Part shown: in pieces, positions 1-10,387 of the stretch
How positions within the stretch are numbered: position 1 is the stretch's first letter
How the letters are laid out: each line of letters opens with the position of its first letter
Virus record (IMG/VR): IMGVR_UViG_3300035422_000096
Location: 1 to 64,000 of that record
Origin: a virus
Lineage: Duplodnaviria; Caudoviricetes
Length of the DNA stretch: 64,000 nt
Strand: one strand, 5' to 3'
The notes under the pieces: model-generated
What the model was told of the DNA's origin: nothing
What the model saw: the letters and a program-made list of their open reading frames with translations, nothing else
Databases searched by the model: none
Translations under genes and position numbers: made by a program

Positions 1-67
1 CCTTTCATTCAACCTGTATAAAATTTTCAAAGTTCACAAATTTCTGCTTGACTTTTTCTTTGCAGGC

Positions 68-1279
68 TTAATTCCATATGTCATCTGTATCCGCATTGCT
101 TGGTTCATCTTTAGAATAGTAAGTGTTCATATCATTTTTATTTACAACATAAGTAAATAAATTAGGTGCATCGACCCATACATCATATGTGTCTGGGTTT
201 GGAGGCATCTGTTGACCATACCAAATATTATCGGTATCTATATAATCAGGGTCTACAATTACTTCCAGTTTGTAAATATCGTTTACTTTCCGTATCCATA
301 CACAAACCATATCAGTGGAGTTAAATGCCATAGCATCCGAATAAAGGATGTAATGCCCAAGCCCATTTGGAACATCCAGCTTAAAGCGGGTTGTACCGTC
401 TTCATAATGATAGGAGTTTACTATTATGGAATACTTTGTATTTCTGAGTTCCAATATGGTTGCTGTTTGGTTCAGGTACATGCCCCTTAGCTTCAATGTA
501 AAATCCCCATCTATAACAAAACCTTTGTCATAATATATACCTTCATTGTCACCCCGTAAATCTATCATCCCATTCTCAAAACTGAATGATTTGTCACCAT
601 TATATTGTATTACCACTATATTGGTGTGGTATTTGATATAGCCATGTAGTGGGTCGTTCTCTGCATAGATAATGCTGTATTCTCCTGGCTGCCTATAATC
701 TGTGTATACCTGAATATATCCAGTGTCAATTTCCACACCATTTACAGTCATGCCATGACAACGGAAATAGTATATGGTATGGTTATCAAGACCTTTATAT
801 TGGTATCTTATTTTTGTGCTGTCATACATGGTTTCGCTTTCCAACAATAGTGTTTTTGTTCCGTCATAAAGATAGAATTTAAAAGACTGAATATCCTCAT
901 AATCATCCTGTAAATAGTATATCTGTGCATCATAAAATGCTGAATGCAAAGTCTGCCCATTTTCCAATTCGTAAAAATAGAAGAGTGGTGTCTTTAAAGT
1001 TTGGAAATATAATTTATCAGATAATTCGCTTGCAGCATTATTCATGTCAAATGTTTGGAACTGTGCAATCCATTTTTTCCCATTTGTAAGAGTGCCAGCA
1101 GGGAGAATATGGGTATGTTGGAATGTGCTTATTTTCCTGTCATATATGACCTCCATCGTATCTGCATTATATATGATTAAGCGGTTTGCGTATGATTGAT
1201 TGCCATTCCAGGAGAAACTGAGCGTTTTATTCATGGTTGCATCAAAAGGAGTTATTTTGTTTACTGCTGGTTTTGCCAT
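68..1279 (-). CDS. Phage tail/baseplate-region protein, probable fibronectin-III-like beta domains
   Basis: 403-aa ORF with RBS (aaaggaggt), downstream of TMP in the tail module; beta-rich; function inferred from position. Confidence 0.6.
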   Translation of the reverse strand: MAKPAVNKITPFDATMNKTLSFSWNGNQSYANRLIIYNADTMEVIYDRKISTFQHTHILPAGTLTNGKKWIAQFQTFDMNNAASELSDKLYFQTLKTPLFYFYELENGQTLHSAFYDAQIYYLQDDYEDIQSFKFYLYDGTKTLLLESETMYDSTKIRYQYKGLDNHTIYYFRCHGMTVNGVEIDTGYIQVYTDYRQPGEYSIIYAENDPLHGYIKYHTNIVVIQYNGDKSFSFENGMIDLRGDNEGIYYDKGFVIDGDFTLKLRGMYLNQTATILELRNTKYSIIVNSYHYEDGTTRFKLDVPNGLGHYILYSDAMAFNSTDMVCVWIRKVNDIYKLEVIVDPDYIDTDNIWYGQQMPPNPDTYDVWVDAPNLFTYVVNKNDMNTYYSKDEPSNADTDDIWN

Positions 1280-1319
1280 TTATATCTTTATACCTCCTTT
1301 ATTCAGTGTAATTTAATTA

Positions 1320-1598
1320 TCATTTAACCCCACATATGTGCATGTCTTCCAGCCTTCCGCATGGAACCTTAACCCATACATACTGCCCGACCTTTAGAGC
1401 AGCATTGGGGATGGAGCATTTTACTTTCCGCTTAACCCCTCCGTCATCCATGATGGTGTATGTATTATCCCTATTTATAGCTTTAACTGCGGATGGAAAG
1501 GTTTTGTCATATTTATGTTCATGCGTTTTTATCAGAGAAGCAATTTCTTTTACGAGTATTTTTACTGCTTCAATATCTTTATTTAATATGTTGTCCAT
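1320..1598 (-). CDS. Small tail-module protein
   Basis: 92-aa ORF with RBS (agaggaaa), co-oriented with the tail genes. Confidence 0.55.
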   Translation of the reverse strand: MDNILNKDIEAVKILVKEIASLIKTHEHKYDKTFPSAVKAINRDNTYTIMDDGGVKRKVKCSIPNAALKVGQYVWVKVPCGRLEDMHICGVK

Positions 1599-1651
1599 TT
1601 ATTTTCCTCTTATCTATATTACAAAATAATAAAGCAAAGGTTTTATGTTTT

Positions 1652-1918
1652 CTATTGTGCTATTAATTTGTCGATTTCTGTTATGCATTTTTCAACTGCA
1701 TTATTTTCTTGCTTTTGGATTTCTTCATATTCATGCTTTGAATAAAAATTTCCTTTAAAAAATATGCATTGAATGTTTTCACCATAAACTGTTTTATATT
1801 CAGATTTAGGTAATTCTATAATTCTCCTGTTTTTATTGCTTTTTTCAATCAATTCTATATAATTAGATGTATCCATATTAATTTCACCACCTTTTAGGGA
1901 TTTGCTATGAATATACAA
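1652..1918 (-). CDS. Hypothetical protein (likely start MDTSNY at ~1876)
   Basis: ORF with aaggtggtga RBS before the internal ATG. Confidence 0.5.
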   Translation of the reverse strand: MYIHSKSLKGGEINMDTSNYIELIEKSNKNRRIIELPKSEYKTVYGENIQCIFFKGNFYSKHEYEEIQKQENNAVEKCITEIDKLIAQ

Positions 1919-2803
1919 TTTGACAAAGATATCAATTTATTTGGTAATTTAAATGATCTACAAATAATCAAAAAGCTTCCATCTTATAAAAAATATTATA
2001 AAGAAATTTTTATTCAATATATCGAAGAATTACATTTTGATATCCAATATATTGAATCAATTCACATTATACATAATAAACCATCATATGGAACCACGAA
2101 ACACAATATGAAAGATGGTCAGATGTATTTTACCATTGAATTATCTGATGATATCATACCATATGTATCAAATATTCAAAATTCAACAGATACATTTAAA
2201 GCAAAGTCCATTGTTCAACATGAAATATGTCACTGTATCGAAATAAAGCAATTATATGATAGAAATGTCTTGAGAATAGAAAATCCACTTAATGAAAATT
2301 TTAAAATCAATACTACATATAATTTTCTATATAGTGAAGCAGTAAATATTTGGTCGGAATTTTTTGCTTGCTATAATAATTGCAAAATCAATGAGTGGCA
2401 TGAATGCCCTAATGTAGAAGATGATATAATGCAATTAGACAAGTGGATACTCGCAACTAAATACCATCTAAACAATCATAATGATGTTAGATTATGCGAA
2501 GATATGCTTAAATTTCTACATACTTTTTGGTATCATATGGTTTCATTAATTGCAGTACACCTTCATAATAGCGAAGATATATTAATTAACGATTATAAAA
2601 ACTCAAAATATAAATATATTCCACCATATTTTGAATATATTTATCAATATTTTAAAACAAATATCGAATATTATCCAACATGGCTTTCTGAAGATAATTA
2701 TATCAATTTAGGAAAATCATTGTTAAAAGTGTTAGAAATTAATCAAATCACTTATTCAACCAATGGTCTATCCGATAATTTTATTTTTATATCAATTAAA
2801 TAA
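1907..2803 (+). CDS. Hypothetical protein with HExxH zinc-metallopeptidase-like motif (moron)
   Basis: 298 aa, very AT-rich, opposite strand to the tail operon; motif QHEICHCIE. Confidence 0.6.
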   Translation: MNIQFDKDINLFGNLNDLQIIKKLPSYKKYYKEIFIQYIEELHFDIQYIESIHIIHNKPSYGTTKHNMKDGQMYFTIELSDDIIPYVSNIQNSTDTFKAKSIVQHEICHCIEIKQLYDRNVLRIENPLNENFKINTTYNFLYSEAVNIWSEFFACYNNCKINEWHECPNVEDDIMQLDKWILATKYHLNNHNDVRLCEDMLKFLHTFWYHMVSLIAVHLHNSEDILINDYKNSKYKYIPPYFEYIYQYFKTNIEYYPTWLSEDNYINLGKSLLKVLEINQITYSTNGLSDNFIFISIK

Positions 2804-2818
2804 TATCCATATAATGCA

Positions 2819-2844
2819 ACCGCACCCATATTACAGGGTGCGGT
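2819..2844. terminator. Hairpin between the convergent + strand moron and the TMP 3' end
   Basis: accgcaccc-N8-gggtgcggt perfect 9-bp stem. Confidence 0.65.
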
Positions 2845-2849
2845 ATAAA

Positions 2850-5800
2850 TTACTTTTTATGCATTTCCTGAAGGAGCATGTTTGGCATACGCAGAACTAT
2901 TTCCCTGGAAAGAGAATTTACGTCTTGTACTCCCTGTAGATTAATATCACCGATATTAACATTGATATCCCTCTTCATATAGCTGTTGTTGTTATTGATC
3001 GTCTCAAAAACCCTGTCTACAGACTCCGCCGCTTTAAGCATGGCGTTTGTCGGTATAAGGAATGCATCCCTGTTTTCCTTGAAATATGCATCAAACTTCT
3101 TCTTCATCCAGTACTGGGGGTCATCTGGGGCAAGTGGGATTAGGACATGCCCGTCTGGTGTAACAACCGTGCCTTCCGCATATGCATTGCCAAGTTTCTC
3201 ACCTTCATTGTCCATTATCTTTTTTGTCTGTTCTTCATTGAAGATGACAGTTCCTTTCGGGAGATCGCTCATGGTAGGCTCTGTCGTAAGTTCTGTTTCC
3301 CCATCTGGGTATACAGTGAGTTCAGCCTGCCCATATTCGGAACGCAGAGCATTCTTTTCATCATGGGGGAGCCCTTTGTATTCTGTTCCGTTGGCAAATG
3401 CATCCCCAACTGTTCCTTCCGCATGAGACGGTATAGTATTCCCAGATACGGAACCACCGACAGAATGAAGGGAAGAGGATGCTGTTTTTGCCAGTGCATT
3501 TAATGCGCTTGCGGCAGCTTCACATTTCTCCTGTATGATTCTCGCCATTTCTGATACAAGTTCAATAATCTTGTCGCATACTGTCTGGATGGAGTTGTCG
3601 CCGTCCGTTGCAAAGTCGTTGAATGCCTTCAGCCAAGGGTCTTCCAGCCTTGCTGCGACTTCCTCGCCGCCTGTCTGCATAATGCCTATAATGCTGCCGC
3701 TATCCACGCCGGTTCCAGAGCCACCTTCTTTGCCCCCTTCCCCTTGGTTCCCTTTGCCTTCTTTATTATCCCCATTGCCCCCGCCTACTCCAATTATTTC
3801 GGCAAGGCGTGCCTGAAGCGACTCCCATGCGGGAAGGTATTCGTCATTGATGACAGACATCTGGTTTTTAAAGTGGCTATTCCCTTTGCCCAATGCTGTT
3901 TCAAGCTTGCCCATTTGCTCGTCAATGGATGCAACCGCTTCAGATATGGCGGACGCAAGCCCCATGAACCCGGTACCTGCCGACCCTTCCATACCATCCA
4001 CACCAGGCATTGCGGCACCGTCTGTGCTGGGCACAGATGCAGAGCCGATGATGGAAGAGAAGTCTATGGTTTTAAATTCGTTACATTTTGAAGCAATTTC
4101 ACCGAATGCCTGTGCAATATCCCTTAGCTTCTGTGCATACCCTTCATCGCCGATTTCAGGGAATTTAATGTTGTTTAACAATTCAGTAAGTCCGGAGATC
4201 AGGGTCTTCAGGTTACCAAGCTCTTCGTTCAGTGGGGTTATGCTTTGGGATGTGCTGCTAACGCTTTCCTGGATTTTCCCTACAGCAGTAGATGCTTCGC
4301 CTGCACTTGTGGAGAGGGCGTTTACGGATTCGCCTATGCCGTCAACGCTGGATTCCAGCCCCTCCAATGCCACATCCCCAAGCCCTTCAAACGCGCCTTT
4401 CGTTGCATCAAGGTAGCTTATGGACTGTGTGCTGATCCCAGACAGTCTTGACAGCTGGTCAAGGACGCCATCGTTCCCACGGCTCATATCAGCAAGGATG
4501 CCGATATATGCCGTCTTCAATTTTTCAAATTCCTCTTGTGAGCCATTCAGCAAAGCATCCATGTTAATACCAAGTTCAGCAAGGGTCGATTCTAGTTGTG
4601 CATTTTCGAGAAGGTCTGTTAGCCCCTCAAACTGTACCTTATAATCCTCCATGCCTTTTATCATGGAATCATAATGCAATTCTGTCTGTTTGATGAGGTT
4701 GTCATAGTATTTGTTGACCTGTTCCGCCTCTTTTTCCAGCAGTTCGATCCGCTCCTGGAGGATGCCTTTCTCGTCTTCCAGTAGGTCGATTTCCTTTTCG
4801 ATTTTGGAGACATCGATTTCCAGCTTCGCGTCCTCGACTTCCTGTTTTGCATCGCGTACCCCCGACGTATCGGCTTCGTACCCCATCTGCCCGCCCTTAT
4901 AGACGTTTGCAGTCTTCTGGTTCTGCATACGCTGCAAGTTGTATTCTTTTCCCTGCAAATCAATGGCACGCTTGCGTTCGGAATTGGCATCCTGCATTGC
5001 CTTGATTTCTTTTTCCTTGGCATCTATCTGCTTCTCGATGCCCTCTATCTCGTTTTCATACTGTTCCTTTTGTGCTTCTATAGCTTCTAGCCTGGCATCG
5101 CGCTCCGCTTCAAGCGCAGACACGGCAGCATCCTTTTCATCATTTAATGCATCAATACGCTTGCCGACCTGCTTCGTGATGTAGCTGAATGCTGATTCAT
5201 AGAGGGATTTCATGCCATCAAGGTATTGGTGTTCGTATTTCTCGTATTCCTTTAGGTATTTCTCCTTGTCGCGGAAATACTTGAGATAGAGCCTGCGGAG
5301 GGCATCCAAGTATTGTTTTTCCGTGATTTTTCCGCGGTCTTTTAAATCATCGAGGTCTTTTAGTTCCTTCTCAAATGATTCGAGATAGGCATCTGCAGCT
5401 TCCTTGCCGGCGGATTTTGCCGCTTTGGAACCACCTCCCATAAATCCTGAGAAATCACCACTAAAGTTATTTAGTAAGGCATTCCATACTTCGTTGTTTT
5501 TGTCTAATACCCCTTGTATTTCTTCTTCTGAAACTCCGGCTTCTTCTGCTTTCGCAACAGCATTAGAAATAGCAGCAGACGTATTGCGGTTAATAGCGGC
5601 AGTTTCAGCATCGAGTTTTTCAACAGCATTGTTAGATGCAGATGCATTATTGTTTGTTGCTTCTTCTGCTTTCTGTTTAGCAAGTTCCTCTATCTCCGCT
5701 GCGGCGGCATTGCTCAGCTTCGCTTTGAGTTCCATTAATTGAACCGCTACCAGATTTTCATAAGCTGCTTGATTAATGGCAAGCTGCCCATTCTCAACTT

Positions 5801-7910
5801 CCAACATAGAAATCAGGTTTTCATCCGCTGTAAGCAATGATTGAAGGCTATCAAGGCTTATGTATCCTGTTTCATTATATGATTCTATGACGCTTGTTAA
5901 TGTCTGGTAAGATGATTGCAGATTATCAATCTGTGCATTCATTCCTGCAAATTCTGCTTCTACCTCGTATGCTTGCTGAATCATGTCTGAAAGCATTTTT
6001 TCAAAATCACTGTTTATATCAATTCCTGCACCAGATAAAATGCTATTCGCATACTTCCTAGAAACGCACTGTATTGCATCCCCTAACACTTCCAATGAAT
6101 CTGCTTGGTTATTGATAAAATCCCAATTAAGTTCACCGTTCATATCTGATACTGCTTGGTTTATAGTCTGGATGGAGCTTAATAGTTCCGATGAGGAATA
6201 ATTCCCTGATAAGAGGGTAGTGTATGCGTCCGATGCTGATTTGATTGATGCCTGGAACTTGTCTAAGGATTCCTGAGAAGAGTCAAGTTTACTTGAAAAT
6301 GTAACAGGTTCTTCAATTTTTGTACCAGAATTAAGTTTCTCTTGGATATTTGCAATCCAGTCTTGTACAGTCCATAATTCGGTTTCACCATTCACATATT
6401 TTGCTTTTATAGATGCAAAGACTTCTAACGCATCATTTTCATATAATCCTAACTCCTTTAACTGCTTGTCTAATTCTATAGCCCAAGGAGCATGACTGCC
6501 TTCCTCAAACCCCATTGCATCCTGCATTTGCCGCTTCAATTCATCGTATTTGATGGCATCTGGGTTTGCAAGGTTCATGATGTACTGATAAAGTTCCTGT
6601 GCTGATATGCCAGCCTCATCTAAATACTGTTTTAATTCTGGAAATTTGGATGTAATAAGTCCAACAGAAAGCGAACCTTCTTTCCCTAGTTCTAACAGTT
6701 CATCTTTTGCATTTTTGAAATCAACTTTATCAAGGGTCGCAGAAATGATATTTTCATGTGATTTTGCTGTGCCGTTCATCAACTCATCATATGACTGATA
6801 TATCAAACCAAGGCGTTCCAAAATCCCATCGTCTATGCCTTCCACCAAAGAATCATCCGTTTCCATAAAATCAGCAATGGATGATTCCACAAATTCTTGG
6901 TAATTGGACAATTCCGTTTCCATGCGGTTTATATTGCTTTTAAGGTTTAGCCAATCAGAATTATTCTTGTAATTGGGATCTGTATCTTCAATTTCCTCCA
7001 ACTGTTTCTGCAAATCCTTAAGCGACTGTTTCATCTCTGGGATTTTCGCCAGTTTATTTTCAACAGCATCAATGAGAGAGTAGTTGTTTGAATCGGATAC
7101 GTACATCCGACCATTTTCGCCAGTGGAATATTCCACATGGTTTGTTTTGGTATTGAAATATTTTACTGCTTTATCATTGGCTTCCTTGCCCTGTGTTTTT
7201 GCAAGTTCTTCCTTAATTCGTAATTCTCGTTCAAGCTCTTCATTTGCTTCTTTGAGTTTTGCTAATTCTTCTGATTCTACAAGGGATAAGTTTTCTTTTG
7301 CATTAAGTTCATCAATCCTGTTCTGCGTCGTCTGGAGAGATGAGTTAATCTGTTCGATTTCTGACTTTGTCTGGTCAAGAGCTTCTTTTGCCTTTTCTGT
7401 AGCTTCTTTTGCACGGTTTCCTGCATTCTCAAACCATTTGGACAGTTTGATTACACCAGTGGTAATTAGCCCCAGTATGCTTGCCATTGCGATCAGTGGA
7501 TGCGCCAGCATTGATGCTTTTAATTTTTGGCTAGCTACTTTAAGCAAGTTGGTTACTTTTAGGTTTGCTTTTTTGGCTACTGTGTTTGCATTTGTGGCAG
7601 TAGTATCGGCTTCTGTACCTCCGATTGATAACCATTGCTTTGCAAGTGCGTCTTCTTCTGAAAGTGTTTGATTTTTAGTTGCTGCGGTGTTGGCAATAGT
7701 AGCTGTAGTATTCTCGGTTATTACAGTTGTTTCTCCAAGAAGTAATTCTAGTTTTGTTCTTTCAGCTACAGATAATTTTGAAGAACTTATCACTAATTTT
7801 TGTTGTTCATTATTCAATCCACTAATAATTTTTTGTACTTTATCTAAATCATTGCTATATTTATTAATGTCTGATACAATATAAGACAAATCTCGTATCT
7901 TTTTTAGTGA
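2850..7910 (-). CDS. Tail tape measure protein, exon 2 (C-terminal ~1686 aa)
   Basis: The ORF track calls 2850-7889 from a TTG with no good RBS. The frame stays open upstream through the predicted 3' splice site at 7911/7910. Long coiled-coil, Ala/Glu/Lys-rich TMP-like sequence. Confidence 0.85.
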   Translation of the reverse strand, partial: SLKKIRDLSYIVSDINKYSNDLDKVQKIISGLNNEQQKLVISSSKLSVAERTKLELLLGETTVITENTTATIANTAATKNQTLSEEDALAKQWLSIGGTEADTTATNANTVAKKANLKVTNLLKVASQKLKASMLAHPLIAMASILGLITTGVIKLSKWFENAGNRAKEATEKAKEALDQTKSEIEQINSSLQTTQNRIDELNAKENLSLVESEELAKLKEANEELERELRIKEELAKTQGKEANDKAVKYFNTKTNHVEYSTGENGRMYVSDSNNYSLIDAVENKLAKIPEMKQSLKDLQKQLEEIEDTDPNYKNNSDWLNLKSNINRMETELSNYQEFVESSIADFMETDDSLVEGIDDGILERLGLIYQSYDELMNGTAKSHENIISATLDKVDFKNAKDELLELGKEGSLSVGLITSKFPELKQYLDEAGISAQELYQYIMNLANPDAIKYDELKRQMQDAMGFEEGSHAPWAIELDKQLKELGLYENDALEVFASIKAKYVNGETELWTVQDWIANIQEKLNSGTKIEEPVTFSSKLDSSQESLDKFQASIKSASDAYTTLLSGNYSSSELLSSIQTINQAVSDMNGELNWDFINNQADSLEVLGDAIQCVSRKYANSILSGAGIDINSDFEKMLSDMIQQAYEVEAEFAGMNAQIDNLQSSYQTLTSVIESYNETGYISLDSLQSLLTADENLISMLEVENGQLAINQAAYENLVAVQLMELKAKLSNAAAAEIEELAKQKAEEATNNNASASNNAVEKLDAETAAINRNTSAAISNAVAKAEEAGVSEEEIQGVLDKNNEVWNALLNNFSGDFSGFMGGGSKAAKSAGKEAADAYLESFEKELKDLDDLKDRGKITEKQYLDALRRLYLKYFRDKEKYLKEYEKYEHQYLDGMKSLYESAFSYITKQVGKRIDALNDEKDAAVSALEAERDARLEAIEAQKEQYENEIEGIEKQIDAKEKEIKAMQDANSERKRAIDLQGKEYNLQRMQNQKTANVYKGGQMGYEADTSGVRDAKQEVEDAKLEIDVSKIEKEIDLLEDEKGILQERIELLEKEAEQVNKYYDNLIKQTELHYDSMIKGMEDYKVQFEGLTDLLENAQLESTLAELGINMDALLNGSQEEFEKLKTAYIGILADMSRGNDGVLDQLSRLSGISTQSISYLDATKGAFEGLGDVALEGLESSVDGIGESVNALSTSAGEASTAVGKIQESVSSTSQSITPLNEELGNLKTLISGLTELLNNIKFPEIGDEGYAQKLRDIAQAFGEIASKCNEFKTIDFSSIIGSASVPSTDGAAMPGVDGMEGSAGTGFMGLASAISEAVASIDEQMGKLETALGKGNSHFKNQMSVINDEYLPAWESLQARLAEIIGVGGGNGDNKEGKGNQGEGGKEGGSGTGVDSGSIIGIMQTGGEEVAARLEDPWLKAFNDFATDGDNSIQTVCDKIIELVSEMARIIQEKCEAAASALNALAKTASSSLHSVGGSVSGNTIPSHAEGTVGDAFANGTEYKGLPHDEKNALRSEYGQAELTVYPDGETELTTEPTMSDLPKGTVIFNEEQTKKIMDNEGEKLGNAYAEGTVVTPDGHVLIPLAPDDPQYWMKKKFDAYFKENRDAFLIPTNAMLKAAESVDRVFETINNNNSYMKRDINVNIGDINLQGVQDVNSLSREIVLRMPNMLLQEMHKK

Positions 7911-7939
7911 CTGGCAAAATACCTGTGGTGGGAGGTATT
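7911..7939 (-). ncRNA. 3' terminal piece of the group I intron (hairpin, P9.0 3' strand, omega-G)
   Basis: Minus strand reads aatacct-CCCACCAC-aggtatt-ttgcc-a-G|tcacta. UAUUUUGCC (7921-7913) is the exact complement of GGCAAAAUA just after P7 (17483-17475); G7911 is the terminal G. Confidence 0.85.
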
Positions 7940-7943
7940 ATCT

Positions 7944-8273
7944 ATGATTTGTCCAAAATGTAATCAAAATAAATTTGAAGATTTTGAAGTTAAAGGTGCA
8001 AAATTTAAAATATGTACAAAGTGTGGTGCTGCAATCCAAATTCAACAATCAAAAGAATATGACATTTTTTGCAGAAAACAACAAATAATAAGAAAACAAA
8101 ACAATAGCAGTGGTAATAATAAACCAACAGTCGAATGCCCATATTGCTATTCGACTAATACAAAAAAGATAACTAATACATCTAAGGCTATTCATACAGC
8201 TATATTTGGAATTTTTAGTATGGGTAGGAATAGTAAACAATGGCATTGTAATAATTGCAATTCAGATTTTTAG
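7944..8273 (+). CDS. Zinc-ribbon protein (four CxxC motifs), intron cargo
   Basis: CPKC, CTKC, CPYC, CNNC; GGAGG RBS at 7931-7935. Confidence 0.8.
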   Translation: MICPKCNQNKFEDFEVKGAKFKICTKCGAAIQIQQSKEYDIFCRKQQIIRKQNNSSGNNKPTVECPYCYSTNTKKITNTSKAIHTAIFGIFSMGRNSKQWHCNNCNSDF

Positions 8274-8325
8274 GTTTGATTTATTACATCATTTCAATAT
8301 TGATATAATATATGATTTTATAAAC

Positions 8326-8361
8326 AAACAGGAACTGAATTTTTCTTTCAGTTCCTTGTTT
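8326..8361. terminator. Bidirectional intrinsic terminator
   Basis: aaacaggaactgaa / ttcagttccttgttt stem between convergent genes. Confidence 0.75.
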
Positions 8362-8374
8362 AATATAAATTAAA

Positions 8375-10246
8375 TTATGACATATATTTTACAAAGTATT
8401 CCCAATCATTTCTTAATGCTTCCTTTTTCTTTGATTTGATAAGCATATCTAATAATTCAGAATCTATTTCTCTATTTTTGGTCATGGTAGAATAATCAAT
8501 ACCATTCATTTTAAAATTTTCTCCATAATCTTCTATTATTTCACAAAATTTATTAAAAATTTCACTATAAACCTCTTTTGAACTGAAAAGATATGATAAT
8601 TTATTATTAACTTTATCTGTATCAAATTTATTTTCATTTGATAGTTTAATAAATCTTCCAATAAAATCCATCATATAATAAGGAATTGGGTAACGTTCAG
8701 TTCTTGCAATTTTCGTGCCACCAGCATCACTATATGTAAGGAATAAATTAATCATAGAATCTGTTGAAAAATAATCCCTAATTTTTTTGGAAAAGTTCAT
8801 ATAATATTTTACTGAATGTTCATTTAAAGCAGAAGAACCACATTTATACGCTGTATAACCATCAAAATAAAATGCCATAAGTGATTTTAGCATTTTATCC
8901 AATTCAATAAATAAATCAGTTGATTTATTTGCTTCTTTATTAAATACATATAAAATATCCTTTGATAAAATTTTTGATTTTTCAAAAAGTTCATTATCAA
9001 TTTCAAATTTATGCTTATCGCTTTGTTTCACAATTAGATAAAATCCTCTTTTTAAGAAATCTTCTTGTAAATTCATAAAGTAATCATCTTTGCTTACAAA
9101 ATCTTTTGCGGAGATACTTGTTTGAGTATTTGTATAACGAACAATATTTTCATAAATTCTCTTTTCAGTTTCACTTGTTTTATTTACTTTAAAAATTTTA
9201 AGTAAAATAGAACAATGTTTGTATGCATTAACTACTTCTTTTATTTCTCTTTCTTCTGAAAATCCTTCTATAGCATTAAATATTGTATTAACAGTTTGAC
9301 AACCATTTACTATCTGAGGTTGAATTACCCTTAAATAAGATTTTTTACCATTTGATTGTGGTTTATAAAAATTATCACAAATCATAGTAATTCCATTATT
9401 ATAATAAAAGAAACGATTACGTTCTACATCATCTAACAATGTATTTAATATATCTTTATTAGTTTTTCCTCTTTTTCCTTTAATCCCTAAATATTCTCGA
9501 ATATTTTTATCAAATAAATCATATTGATGAAAATGGCTCTCTTCTAACATTTTATATATATCATAAACATTAACAGCAACATAAGCAGTATCTACATTAT
9601 TTTCTTTATCGTGCTGTTCAGAACTTTGTTCAATCAAATCTTTTCTGGAAATTCTAATATCATATTCAAAATGTATTGTGTTATTAAATCTGTTCCCTTT
9701 ATATAATTCTTCCAATTTATTTATATCTATTAACTTTGTCTCAACAGTAAAAACATAATTATATGTGTTATTGTCAAATAATGATAAAATATCTTTTGAA
9801 ATATTGCCAAAAGGCTTAGTGGTATAACAGTAAAGATAAACAGTGAAATCAGGATCATTTCTTAAATTGTTAAATATTTCTTGTAGTGAGTTGGAGCGAG
9901 TGTATGCATTATTTATAAGGGAAATCAATGGTGTTGTAAGAAAATCAGCCATTTGTTCTCTTTTAAGGTTGGATTGATCAGAATAATAACAATTTTGAAT
10001 TATATATAATTCTTTAGCATCTTCAAAATAGGCAAAACAATCAATTCCCTTATCCTTATATTCTGTAATATAATCTGGAATATCTTCTATATCAATATGA
10101 TACAAATAATTTAGTATCCAATAATTAAAAGCATACCAATCACTTTCAAGTTTGCGATCATTAATTATCCATGTTTGTCTAAGTGATTGTAAATCTTCTT
10201 TAATCTGCTCTAAAAATTTGTTTCCCATAAGTGTATCCTCATCCAT
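8375..10246 (-). CDS. AIPR family protein (abortive infection phage resistance)
   Basis: AIPR motifs LFDKNIREYLG, FFYYNNGIT, QIVNGCQT, RYTNTQT; N-terminal D-x-G-I-D nuclease-like segment. Confidence 0.85.
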   Translation of the reverse strand: MDEDTLMGNKFLEQIKEDLQSLRQTWIINDRKLESDWYAFNYWILNYLYHIDIEDIPDYITEYKDKGIDCFAYFEDAKELYIIQNCYYSDQSNLKREQMADFLTTPLISLINNAYTRSNSLQEIFNNLRNDPDFTVYLYCYTTKPFGNISKDILSLFDNNTYNYVFTVETKLIDINKLEELYKGNRFNNTIHFEYDIRISRKDLIEQSSEQHDKENNVDTAYVAVNVYDIYKMLEESHFHQYDLFDKNIREYLGIKGKRGKTNKDILNTLLDDVERNRFFYYNNGITMICDNFYKPQSNGKKSYLRVIQPQIVNGCQTVNTIFNAIEGFSEEREIKEVVNAYKHCSILLKIFKVNKTSETEKRIYENIVRYTNTQTSISAKDFVSKDDYFMNLQEDFLKRGFYLIVKQSDKHKFEIDNELFEKSKILSKDILYVFNKEANKSTDLFIELDKMLKSLMAFYFDGYTAYKCGSSALNEHSVKYYMNFSKKIRDYFSTDSMINLFLTYSDAGGTKIARTERYPIPYYMMDFIGRFIKLSNENKFDTDKVNNKLSYLFSSKEVYSEIFNKFCEIIEDYGENFKMNGIDYSTMTKNREIDSELLDMLIKSKKKEALRNDWEYFVKYMS

Positions 10247-10387
10247 AATTATTTGACAAAATATAACATTTAAAATTATTATACTATAATATATAAATTA
10301 ACACTATACAGAACGTTTGTTTTGAATAATTAAATTTGAAATGTTACAATGATATAATAATACCAAATATATGTAAGGAGATAAATT

